Shown piece after piece: positions 1-12,500 of a stretch of DNA of 64,000 nucleotides (positions are counted from its first letter, which is position 1; every line of letters starts with the position of its first letter). Source of the DNA: Heptranchias perlo (lineage: Eukaryota); assembly GCF_035084215.1 (NCBI RefSeq), contig NW_027139328.1, positions 248,001 to 312,000 on the forward strand. Direction: 5' to 3'. The notes under the pieces were generated by a model, which saw only the letters and a program-made list of their open reading frames with translations, did not search any database and had not been told where the DNA came from. A program made the translations under genes and the position numbers.

Positions 1-970
1 AGGATCAATATGGAAATACAAAGAGGAAGTGAGATGTTGACGGGTGATGGGCATGGCTCACCTGAAGTAGCTGGATCCAGTCAGCGGACATCTGGCAATC
101 AGGGACGGGACGCCTTTCAGTGCAACGTGTGTGGAAGGGGGTTCCGCTGGCCCAGCCTGCTGGACACACACCTGCGTGTTCACACCGGAGAGAAGCCCTT
201 TGAATGTACTGTGTGTAAAATGCGATTTTACACCTCCAGCGAGGTGACTAAACACCAGCGATTTCACACCGGAGAGAAACCGTTTGAATGTACAGTCTGC
301 AAAAAGAGATTTCACACGTCCAGTAACTTGACACAGCATCAGAAAATTCACACTGGAGAGAAACCGTTTGAGTGTACTGTGTGCACAAAGAAATTTTACA
401 GATCTTGCGACTTGACCAAACATCAGCGAATTCACACCGGAGAGAAACCATTTGAATGTACGGTGTGTAAGAAGAGATTTCACACGTCCAGTAACTTGAT
501 CCAGCATCAGCAAATTCACGCTGTTGAGAAACCGTTTGAGTGTACGGTGTGTAGAAAGCGATTTTATACTTCCAGTCTCTTGACGCAGCATCAGAAGATT
601 CACACTGGGGAGAAACCGTTTGAATGTACAGTGTGCAGAAAGCGATTTTACCGATCTGGTTACTTGATTGAGCACCAGCGAATTCACACAGGAGAGAAGA
701 GGTTTGAATGCACAGTCTGTAAAAGAAATTTCACACGTCCAGTAACTTGAATAAACATTTGAAAATTCACACTGGAGAGAAGCCATTTGAATGTTCGGTG
801 TGTAGAAAGCGATTTTACACGTCCAGTAACTTGACACAGCATCAGCAAATTCACACTGGGAGAAAGCATTTCAATGCACAGTGTGTAAAAAGAGATTTAA
901 AAGTTTCCGATACTTGTTACAGCATCAAACAAAGCACACTGGGGAAAGAATGTTGAATCCGCTGGATTAG
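1..970 (+). CDS. C2H2 (Kruppel-type) zinc-finger gene, terminal exon, 10 fingers; frameshifted at ~722 and ~859 (pseudogene or homopolymer errors)
   Basis: ORF 10..750 has 7 complete CxxC-x12-HxxxH fingers with TGEKPF linkers. Adding one A at ~722 and one G at ~859 restores fingers 8-10 ([42 protein letters not shown]) and a TAG at 968-970. The frame is open from base 1, so the exon probably starts upstream. Confidence 0.9.
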
Positions 971-1220
971 ACTGAGGATTGCTGCCTGCACTTTGTGCAT
1001 TTTTGCCTGTCTGATGAGTTGCTTTGCACTGTTTCAATGTTGGAAATTGCTGCAGTAACTTTCCCCGTCCGAGACAATGATTGTGATTATATCCCTGTCA
1101 GACTGACTCACAATCCTGTCACACCACTTCTCATGGTTAAATCCAGAATGCAGTGTTAAATGCCAATAGATTTAAGAACACGGGAGCAGAACAACAGAGA
1201 TTGCTCTTTCAGAGATAATG

Positions 1221-3132
1221 GATAACTGACCAGTTCATTCTACTGTGTCCTCAAACTCGGTGATACTAATAACTGACCGGCCTGTTCCACTCTGTCTCAA
1301 ACTCGGTGATACTGATAACTGACCGGCCTGTTCTACTGTGTCTCAAACTCGGTGATACTGATAACTGACCGGCCTGTTCTACTCTGTCTCAAACTCTGAT
1401 ACTGATAACTGACCGGCCTGTTCTACTGTGTCTCAAACTCTGACACTGATAACTGACCGGCCTGTTCCACTCTGTCTCAAACTCTGATACTGATAACTGA
1501 CCGGCCTGTTTCACTCTGTCTCAAACTCCGTGATACTGATAACTGACCGGCCTGTTCCACTCTGTCTCAAACTCCGTGATACTGATAACTGACCGGCCTG
1601 TTTCACTCTGTCTCAAACTCCGTGATACTGATAACTGACCGGCCTGTTCCACTCTGTCTCAAACTCCGATACTGATAACTGACTGGCCTGTTTCACTCTG
1701 TCTCAAACTCCGTGATACTGATAACTGACCGGCCTGTTCCACTCTGTCTCAAACTCTGATACTGATAACTGACCGGCCTGTTCCACTCTGTCTCAAACTC
1801 TGATACTGATAACTGACCGGCCTGTTCCACTCTGTCTCAAACTCTGATACTGATAACTGACCGGCCTGTTTCACTCTGTCTCAAACTCTGATACTGATAA
1901 CTGACCGGCCTGTTCCACTCTGTCTCAAACTCTGATACTGATAACTGACCGGCCTGTTCCACTCTGTCTCAAACTCTGATACTGATAACTGACCGGCCTG
2001 TTTCACTCTGTCTCAAACTCGGTGATACTGATAACTGACCGGCCTGTTCCACTCTGTCTCAAACTCTGATACTGATAACTGACCGGCCTGTTCCACTCTG
2101 TCTCAAACTCTGATACTGATAACTGACCGGCCTGTTTCACTCTGTCTCAAACTCTGATACTGATAACTGACCGGCCTGTTCCACTCTGTCTCAAACTCTG
2201 ATACTGATAACTGACCGGCCTGTTCCACTCTGTCTCAAACTCTGATACTGATAACTGACCGGCCTGTTCCACTCTGTCTCAAACTCTGATACTGATAACT
2301 GACCGGCCTGTTCCACTCTGTCTCAAACTCGGTGATACTGATAACTGACCGGCCTGTTCCACTCTGTCTCAAACTCGGTGATACTGATAACTGACCGGCC
2401 TGTTCCACTCTGTCTCAAACTCTGATACTGATAACTGACCGGCCTGTTTCACTCTGTCTCAAACTCTGATACTGATAACTGACCGGCCTGTTTCACTCTG
2501 TCTCAAACTCTGATACTGATAACTGACGCGGCCTGTTCCACTCTGTCTCAAACTCCGTGATACTGATAACTGACCGGCCTGTTTCACTCTGTCTCAAACT
2601 CTGATACTGATAACTGACCGGCCTGTTTCACTCTGTCTCAAACTCTGATACTGATAACTGACCGGCCTGTTTCACTCTGTCTCAAACTCTGATACTGATA
2701 ACTGACCGGCCTGTTTCACTCTGTCTCAAACTCCGTGATACTGATAACTGACCGGCCTGTTCCACTCTGTCTCAAACTCTGATACTGATAACTGACCGGC
2801 CTGTTCCACTCTGTCTCAAACTCTGATACTGATAACTGACCGGCCTGTTCTACTGTGTCTCAAACTCTGATACTGATAACTGACCGGCCTGTTTCACTCT
2901 GTCTCAAACTCTGATACTGATAACTGACCGGCCTGTTTCACTCTGTCTCAAACTCTGATACTGATAACTGACCGGCCTGTTCCACTCTGTCTCAAACTCT
3001 GATACTGATAACTGACCGGCCTGTCCACTCTGTCTCAAACTCTGATACTGATAACTGACCGGCCTGTTTCACTCTGTCTCAAACTCCGTGATACTGATAA
3101 CTGACCGGCCTGTTCCACTCTGTCTCGAACTC
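1221..3132. repeat. Minisatellite, 44-46 bp unit (TGATACTGATAACTGACCGGCCTGTTCCACTCTGTCTCAAACTC), ~42 copies
   Basis: Directly visible tandem array with a degenerate first unit at ~1221-1260. Confidence 0.97.
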
Positions 3133-3572
3133 TCTGAAGCGGTGGAGTTTGCAGCCGGTATCTCTGCCACCTCTTCGCTTGAGGAAGTCCCAGACTTCTC
3201 CATGGCTCTCCCCATAGCCCTGCATCGTGCTCTGCTTCAGATATTCTGATTAGTTTCCCTAAGAAAGATGCAAGTCTCTGCCTCAAATACCCACAGTAGC
3301 AAAGCAGTCTGCCCTGAAACCACCCTCTGTGTAAAGCAATGTCACCTAACCCCCTGCTTGATCTCTTTAAATAGATGACCCGACACATCTTTCTGTGCTT
3401 AATTCCACAAGTGTACATGATTGGATCACAGAATGTGTATACCGGAGAGATACAATATTCACTTCACAATGTTCCAGTGTGATTTATCTCTCCATGTCTG
3501 CAGCCCTCGTCTGTGCTGTGGACTGATTCCAGGGGTGAACTGGGATTGCTCAGTGTCCCTGTGGATGGTTCC

Positions 3573-6500
3573 ACAGTCCTGTATTATCAGTGCCCCCCCT
3601 TTCTCTGCTGTATTATCAGTGCCCCCCCTTTCTCTGTGCTGTATTATCAGTGCCCCCCCTTTCTCTGTCCTGTATTATCAGTGCCCCCCTTTCTCTGTGC
3701 TGTATTATCAGTGCCCCCCCTTTCTCTGCTGTATTATCAGTGCCCCCCCTTTCTCTGTGCTGTATTATCAGTGCCCCCCCTTTCTCTGTGCTGTATTATC
3801 AGTGCCCCCCCTTTCTCTGTGCTGTATTATCAGTGCCCCCCCTTTCTCAGTCCTGTATTATCAGTGCCCCCCCTTTCTCTGTCCTGTATTATCAGTGCCC
3901 CCCTTTCTCTGTCCTGTATTATCAGTGCCCCCCCTTTCTCTGTGCTGTATTATCAGTGCCCCCCCTTTCTCTGCTGTATTATCAGTGCCCCCCTTTCTCT
4001 GTCCTGTATTATCAGTGCCCCCCCTTTCTCTGTCCTGTATTATCAGTGCCCCCCCTTTCTCTGCTGTATTATCAGTGCCCCCCCTTTCTCTGTGCTGTAT
4101 TATCAGTGCCCCCCCTTTCTCTGTGCTGTATTATCAGTGCCCCCCCTTTCTCTGTGCTGTATTATCAGTGCCCCCCCTTTCTCTGTGCTGTATTATCAGT
4201 GCCCCCCCTTTCTCTGTGCTGTATTATCAGTGCCCCCCCTTTCTCTGTGCTGTATTATCAGTGCCCCCCCTTTCTCTGTCCTGTATTATCAGTGCCCCCC
4301 CTTTCTCAGTCCTGTATTATCAGTGCCCCCCTTTCTCTGTGCTGTATTATCAGTGCCCCCCCTTTCTCTGTGCTGTATTATCAGTGCCCCCCCTTTCTCT
4401 GTGCTGTATTATCAGTGCCCCCCTTTCTCTGTCCTGTATTATCAGTGCCCCCCCTTTCTCTGTGCTGTATTATCAGTGCCCCCCCTTTCTCAGTCCTGTA
4501 TTATCAGTGCCCCCCCTTTCTCTGTGCTGTATTATCAGTGCCCCCCCTTTCTCAGTCCTGTATTATCAGTGCCCCCCCTTTCTCTGTGCTGTATTATCAG
4601 TGCCCCCCCTTTCTCAGTCCTGTATTATCAGTGCCCCCCCTTTCTCTGTGCTGTATTATCAGTGCCCCCCCTTTCTCAGTCCTGTATTATCAGTGCCCCC
4701 CCTTTCTCTGTGCTGTATTATCAGTGCCCCCCCTTTCTCAGTCCTGTATTATCAGTGCCCCCCCTTTCTCTGTGCTGTATTATCAGTGCCCCCCCTTTCT
4801 CTGTGCTGTATTATCAGTGCCCCCCCTTTCCCTGTGCTGTATTAGCAGTGCCCCCCCTTTCTCAGTCCTGTATTATCAGTGCCCCCCCTTTCTCAGTCCT
4901 GTATTATCAGTGCCCCCCCTTTCTCTGTCCTGTATTATCAGTGCCCCCCTTTCTCTGTCCTGTATTATCAGTGCCCCCCTTTCCCTGTGCTGTATTATCA
5001 GTGCCCCCCCTTTCCTGTGCTGTATTATCAGTGCCCCCCCTTTCTCTGTCCTGTATTATCAGTGCCCCCCCTTTCTCTGTCCTGTATTATCAGTGCCCCC
5101 CCTTTCCCTGTGCTGTATTATCAGTGCCCCCCCCTTTCTCTGTCCTGTATTATCAGTGCCCCCCCCTTTCTCTGTCCTGTATTATCAGTGCCCCCCCCTT
5201 TCTCTGTCCTGTATTATCAGTGCCCCCCTTTCTCTGTCCTGTATTATCAGTGCCCCCCCCTTTCTCTGTCCTGTATTATCAGTGCCCCCCCCTTTCTCTG
5301 TCCTGTATTATCAGTGCCCCCCTTTCTCTGTCCTGTATTATCAGTGCCCCCCCCTTTCTCTGTCCTGTATTATCAGTGCCCCCCCTTTCCCTGTGCTGTA
5401 TTATCAGTGCCCCCCCCTTTCTCTGTCCTGTATTATCAGTGCCCCCCCCTTTCTCTGTCCTGTATTATCAGTGCCCCCCCCTTTCTCTGTGCTGTATTAT
5501 CAGTGCCCCCCCTTTCTCTGTGCTGTATTATCAGTGCCCCCCCTTTCCCTGTGCTGTATTATCAGTGCCCCCCCCTTTCTCTGTCCTGTATTATCAGTGC
5601 CCCCCCCTTTCTCTGTCCTGTATTATCAGTGCCCCCCCTTTCTCTGTCCTGTATTATCAGTGCCCCCCCTTTCTCTGTGCTGTATTATCAGTGCCCCCCC
5701 TTTCTCTGTGCTGTATTATCAGTGCCCCCCCTTTCTCTGTCCTGTATTATCAGTGCCCCCCCTTTCTCTGTCCTGTATTATCAGTGCCCCCCCCTTTCTC
5801 TGTGCTGTATTATCAGTGCCCCCCCTTTCTCTGTGCTGTATTATCAGTGCCCCCCCTTTCTCTGTCCTGTATTATCAGTGCCCCCCCCTTTCTCTGTGCT
5901 GTATTATCAGTGCCCCCCCTTTCTCTGTGCTGTATTATCAGTGCCCCCCCTTTCCCTGTGCTGTATTATCAGTGCCCCCCCTTTCTCTGTCCTGTATTAT
6001 CAGTGCCCCCCTTTCTCTGTGCTGTATTATCAGTGCCCCCCCTTTCTCTGTGCTGTATTATCAGTGCCCCCCCTTTCTCTGTGCTGTATTATCAGTGCCC
6101 CCCCTTTCTCTGTGCTGTATTATCAGTGCCCCCCCTTTCTCTGTCCTGTATTATCAGTGCCCCCCCTTTCTCTGTGCTGTATTATCAGTGCCCCCCCCTT
6201 TCTCAGTCCTGTATTATCAGTGCCCCCCCTTTCTCTGTGCTGTATTATCAGTGCCCCCCCTTTCTCTGTGCTGTATTATCAGTGCCCCCCTTTCTCTGTC
6301 CTGTATTATCAGTGCCCCCCCTTTCTCTGTCCTGTATTATCAGTGCCCCCCCTTTCTCTGTGCTGTATTATCAGTGCCCCCCCTTTCTCTGTGCTGTATT
6401 ATCAGTGCCCCCCCTTTCTCTGTGCTGTATTATCAGTGCCCCCCCTTTCCCTGTGCTGTATTATCAGTGCCCCCCCCTTTCTCTGTGCTGTATTATCAGT

Positions 6501-9500
6501 GCCCCCCCTTTCTCTGTGCTGTATTATCAGTGCCCCCCCCCTTTCTCTGTGCTGTATGATCAGTGCCCCCCTTTCTCAGTCCTGTATTATCAGTGCCCCC
6601 CCTTTCTCTGTGCTGTATGATCAGTGCCCCCCCTTTCTCAGTCCTGTATTATCAGTGCCCCCCCCTTTCTCAGTCCTGTATTATCAGTGCCCCCCCTTTC
6701 TCAGTCCTGTATTATCAGTGCCCCCCCTTTCTCTGTCCTGTATTATCAGTGCCCCCCCCTTTCTCAGTCCTGTATTATCAGTGCCCCCCCTTTCTCTGTC
6801 CTGTATTATCAGTGCCCCCCCTTTCCCTGTGCTGTATTATCAGTGCCCCCCCTTTCTCTGTGCTGTATTATCAGTGCCCCCCCTTTCTCTGTGCTGTATT
6901 ATCAGTGCCCCCCTTTCTCTGTGCTGTATTATCAGTGCCCCCCCTTTCTCTGTGCTGTATTATCAGTGCCCCCCCTTTCTCTGTCCTGTATTATCAGTGC
7001 CCCCCCCTTTCTCTGTGCTGTATTATCAGTGCCCCCCCTTTCTCTGTGCTGTATTATCAGTGCCCCCCCTTTCTCTGTCCTGTATTATCAGTGCGCCCCC
7101 CCTTTCTCTGTGCTGTATTATCAGTGCCCCCCCCTTTCTCTGTGCTGTATTATCAGTGCCCCCCCTTTCTCTGTGCTGTATTATCAGTGCCCCCCTTTCT
7201 CTGTCCTGTATTATCAGTGCCCCCCCCCTTTCTCTGTGCTGTATTATCAGTGCCCCCCCTTTCTCTGTGCTGTATTATCAGTGCCCCCCTTTCTCTGTCC
7301 TGTATTATCAGTGCCCCCCCCTTTCTCTGTGCTGTATTATCAGTGCCCCCCCTTTCTCTGTGCTGTATTATCAGTGCCCCCCCTTTCTCTGTGCTGTATT
7401 ATCAGTGCCCCCCCTTTCTCTGTCCTGTATTATCAGTGCCCCCCCCTTTCCCTGTGCTGTATTATCAGTGCCCCCCCTTTCTCTGTCCTGTATTATCAGT
7501 GCCCCCCCTTTCTCTGTCCTGTATTATCAGTGCCCCCCCTTTCTCTGTCCTGTATTATCAGTGCCCCCCCCTTTCTCTGTGCTGTATTATCAGTGCCCCC
7601 CCTTTCTCTGTGCTGTATTATCAGTGCCCCCCCTTTCTCTGTGCTGTATTATCAGTGCCCCCCTTTCTCTGTGCTGTATTATCAGTGCCCCCCCTTTCTC
7701 TGTCCTGTATTATCAGTGCCCCCCCTTTCTCTGTCCTGTATTATCAGTGCCCCCCCCTTTCTCTGTGCTGTATTATCAGTGCCCCCCCTTTCTCTGTCCT
7801 GTATTATCAGTGCCCCCCCTTTCTCTGTGCTGTATTATCAGTGCCCCCCCTTTCTCTGTCCTGTATTATCAGTGCCCCCCCCCTTCTCAGTCCTGTATTA
7901 TCAGTGCCCCCCTTTCTCTGTGCTGTATTATCAGTGCCCCCCCCTTTCTCTGTGCTGTATTATCAGTGCCCCCCTTTCTCTGTCCTGTATTATCAGTGCC
8001 CCCCCTTTCCCTGTGCTGTATTATCAGTGCCCCCCCTTTCTCTGTCCTGTATTATCAGTGCCCCCCCTTTCCCTGTGCTGTATTATCAGTGCCCCCCCTT
8101 TCTCTGTCCTGTATTATCAGTGCCCCCCCTTTCTCTGTGCTGTATTATCAGTGCCCCCACTTTCTCAGTCCTGTATTATCAGTGCCCCCCTTTCTCTGTG
8201 CTGTATTATCAGTGCCCCCCCCTTTCTCTGTGCTGTATTATCAGTGCCCCCACTTTCTCAGTCCTGTATTATCAGTGCCCCCCCTTTCTCTGTGCTGTAT
8301 TATCAGTGCCCCCCCTTTCTCTGTGCTGTATTATCAGTGCCCCCCCCCTTTCTCTGTGCTGTATGATCAGTGCCCCCCCTTTCTCAGTCCTGTATTATCA
8401 GTGCCCCCCCTTTCTCTGTGCTGTATGATCAGTGCCCCCCCTTTCTCAGTCCTGTATTATCAGTGCCCCCCCTTTCTCAGTCCTGTATTATCAGTGCCCC
8501 CCCTTTCTCAGTCCTGTATTATCAGTGCCCCCCTTTCTCTGTCCTGTATTATCAGTGCCCCCCCTTTCTCAGTCCTGTATTATCAGTGCCCCCCCTTTCT
8601 CTGTCCTGTATTATCAGTGCCCCCCCTTTCCCTGTGCTGTATTATCAGTGCCCCCCCTTTCTCTGTGCTGTATTATCAGTGCCCCCCCTTTCTCTGTGCT
8701 GTATTATCAGTGCCCCCCTTTCTCTGTGCTGTATTATCAGTGCCCCCCCTTTCTCTGTGCTGTATTATCAGTGCCCCCCCTTTCTCTGTCCTGTATTATC
8801 AGTGCCCCCCCCTTTCTCTGTGCTGTATTATCAGTGCCCCCCCTTTCTCTGTGCTGTATTATCAGTGCCCCCCCTTTCTCTGTCCTGTATTATCAGTGCC
8901 CCCCCCCTTTCTCTGTGCTGTATTATCAGTGCCCCCCCTTTCTCTGTGCTGTATTATCAGTGCCCCCCCTTTCTCTGTGCTGTATTATCAGTGCCCCCCT
9001 TTCTCTGTCCTGTATTATCAGTGCCCCCCCCCTTTCTCTGTGCTGTATTATCAGTGCCCCCCCTTTCTCTGTGCTGTATTATCAGTGCCCCCCCTTTCTC
9101 TGTGCTGTATTATCAGTGCCCCCCCTTTCTCTGTCCTGTATTATCAGTGCCCCCCCTTTCTCTGTGCTGTATTATCAGTGCCCCCCCTTTCTCTGTCCTG
9201 TATTATCAGTGCCCCCCCCCTTTCTCTGTGCTGTATTATCAGTGCCCCCCCTTTCTCTGTCCTGTATTATCAGTGCCCCCCCCTTTCTCTGTGCTGTATT
9301 ATCAGTGCCCCACTTTCTCAGTCCTGTATTATCAGTGCCCCCCCTTTCTCTGTCCTGTATTATCAGTGCCCCCCCCTTTCTCTGTGCTGTATTATCAGTC
9401 CCCCCCTTTCTCTGTGCTGTATTATCAGTCCCCCCCTTTCTCTGTCCTGTATTATCAGTGCCCCCCCTTTCTCTGTCCTGTATTATCAGTGCCCCCCCTT

Positions 9501-12500
9501 TCTCTGTGCTGTATTATCAGTGCCCCCCCTTTCTCTGTGCTGTATTATCAGTGCCCCCCCTTTCTCTGTGCTGTATTATCAGTGCCCCCCCTTTCCCTGT
9601 GCTGTATTATCAGTGCCCCCCCTTTCTCTGTGCTGTATTATCAGTGCCCCCCCTTTCTCTGTGCTGTATTATCAGTGCCCCCCCTTTCTCTGTGCTGTAT
9701 GATCAGTGCCCCCCCTTTCTCAGTCCTGTATTATCAGTGCCCCCCCTTTCTCTGTCCTGTATTATCAGTGCCCCCCCTTTCTCTGTGCTGTATGATCAGT
9801 GCCCCCCCTTTCTCAGTCCTGTATTATCAGTGCCCCCCCTTTCTCTGTGCTGTATGATCAGTGCCCCCCTTTCTCAGTCCTGTATTATCAGTGCCCCCCC
9901 TTTCTCTGTCCTGTATTATCAGTGCCCCCCCTTTCTCAGTCCTGTATTATCAGTGCCCCCCCTTTCTCAGTCCTGTATTATCAGTGCCCCCCCTTTCTCA
10001 GTCCTGTATTATCAGTGCCCCCCCTTTCTCTGTCCTGTATTATCAGTGCCCCCCTTTCTCAGTCCTGTATTATCAGTGCCCCCCCTTTCTCTGTCCTGTA
10101 TTATCAGTGCCCCCCCTTTCCCTGTGCTGTATTATCAGTGCCCCCCCTTTCTCTGTCCTGTATTATCAGTGCCCCCCCTTTCTCAGTCCTGTATTATCAG
10201 TGCCCCCCCTTTCTCTGTCCTGTATTATCAGTGCCCCCCCTTTCTCTGTGCTGTATTATCAGTGCCCCCCCCTTTCTCTGTCCTGTATTATCAGTGCCCC
10301 CCCCTTTCTCTGTCCTGTATTATCAGTGCCCCCCCTTTCTCTGTGCTGTATTATCAGTGCCCCCCCTTTCTCTGTGCTGTATTATCAGTGCCCCCCCTTT
10401 CTCTGTCCTGTATTATCAGTGCCCCCCCCTTTCTCTGTGCTGTATTATCAGTGCCCCCCCTTTCTCTGTGCTGTATTATCAGTGCCCCCCCTTTCTCTGT
10501 GCTGTATTATCAGTGCCCCCCCTTTCTCTGTCCTGTATTATCAGTGCCCCCCCCTTTCTCTGTGCTGTATTATCAGTGCCCCCCCTTTCTCTGTGCTGTA
10601 TTATCAGTGCCCCCCCTTTCTCTGTGCTGTATTATCAGTGCCCCCCCTTTCTCTGTGCTGTATTATCAGTGCCCCCCCCTTTCCCTGTGCTGTATTATCA
10701 GTGCCCCCCCCTTCTCTGTGCTGTATTATCAGTGCCCCCCCTTTCTCTGTGCTGTATTATCAGTGCCCCCCCTTTCTCTGTCCTGTATTATCAGTGCCCC
10801 CCCTTTCTCTGTCTGTATTATCAGTGCCCCCCCTTTCTCTGTGCTGTATTATCAGTGCCCCCACTTTCTCAGTCCTGTATTATCAGCCCTAGGCCCCCCC
10901 TTTCTCTGTCCTGTATTATCAGTGCCCCCCCTTTCTCTGTGCTGTATTATCAGTGCCCCCCTTTCTCTGTGCTGTATTATCAGTGCCCCCCCTTTCTCTG
11001 TCCTGTATTATCAGTGCCCCCCCTTTCTCTGTCCTGTATTATCAGTGCCCCCCCCTTTCTCTGTGCTGTATTATCAGTGCCCCCCCTTTCTCTGTGCTGT
11101 ATTATCAGTGCCCCCCCTTTCTCTGTGCTGTATTATCAGTGCCCCCCCTTTCCCTGTGCTGTATTATCAGTGCCCCCCCCTTTCTCTGTGCTGTATTATC
11201 AGTGCCCCCCCTTTCTCTGTGCTGTATTATCAGTGCCCCCCCTTTCTCTGTGCTGTATGATCAGTGCCCCCCCTTTCTCTGTGCTGTATTATCAGTGCCC
11301 CCCCTTTCTCTGTCCTGTATTATCAGTGCCCCCCCTTTCTCTGTCCTGTATTATCAGTGCCCCCCCTTTCTCTGTGCTGTATTATCAGTGCCCCCCCCTT
11401 TCTCTGTGCTGTATTATCAGTGCCCCCCCTTTCTCTGTGCTGTATTATCAGTGCCCCCCCTTTCTCTGTGCTGTATTATCAGTGCCCCCCCCTTTCTCTG
11501 TGCTGTATTATCAGTGCCCCCCCTTTCTCTGTGCTGTATTATCAGTGCCCCCCTTTCTCTGTCCTGTATTATCAGTGCCCCCCCTTTCTCTGTCCTGTAT
11601 TATCAGTGCCCCCCCCTTTCTCTGTGCTGTATTATCAGTGCCCCCCCTTTCTCTGTCCTGTATTATCAGTGCCCCCCCTTTCTCTGTCCTGTATTATCAG
11701 TGCCCCCCCTTTCTCTGTGCTGTATTATCAGTGCCCCCCCTTTCTCTGTCCTGTATTATCAGTGCCCCCCCTTTCTCTGTCCTGTATTATCAGTGCCCCC
11801 CCTTTCTCTGTGCTGTATTATCAGTGCCCCCCCTTTCTCTGTGCTGTATTATCAGTGCCCCCCCTTTCTCTGTCCTGTATTATCAGTGCCCCCCCCTTTC
11901 TCTGTGCTGTATTATCAGTGCCCCCCCTTTCTCTGTGCTGTATTATCAGTGCCCCCCCTTTCTCAGTCCTGTATTATCAGTGCCCCCCTTTCTCTGTGCT
12001 GTATTATCAGTGCCCCCACTTTCTCAGTCCTGTATTATCAGTGCCCCCCCTTTCTCTGTGCTGTATTATCAGTGCCCCCCCTTTCTCTGTGCTGTATTAT
12101 CAGTGCCCCCACTTTCTCTGTCCTGTATTATCAGTGCCCCCCCCTTTCTCTGTCCTGTATTATCAGTGCCCCCCCTTTCTCTGTCCTGTATTATCAGTGC
12201 CCCCCCTTTCTCTGTCCTGTATTATCAGTGCCCCCCTTTCTCTGTCCTGTATTATCAGTGCCCCCCTTTTCTCTGTCCTGTATTATCAGTGCCCCCCTTT
12301 CTCTGTCCTGTATTATCAGTGCCCCCCCCTTTCTCTGTCCTGTATTATCAGTGCCCCCCCTTTCTCTGTGCTGTATTATCAGTGCCCCCCCTTTCTCTGT
12401 CCTGTATTATCAGTGCCCCCCCTTTCTCTGTGCTGTATTATCAGTGCCCCCCTTTCTCAGTCCTGTATTATCAGTGCCCCCCCTTTTCTCTGTCCTGTAT

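Noticed and set aside
58-837. 259-aa antisense ORF over the zinc fingers
   Set aside because: Common shadow ORF of C2H2 arrays; no independent features.
1221-3132. Regular 28-46 bp repeats as CRISPR arrays (also 26761, 50391, 52883, 54305)
   Set aside because: Head-to-tail units with no unique spacers, no cas genes, and vertebrate context.
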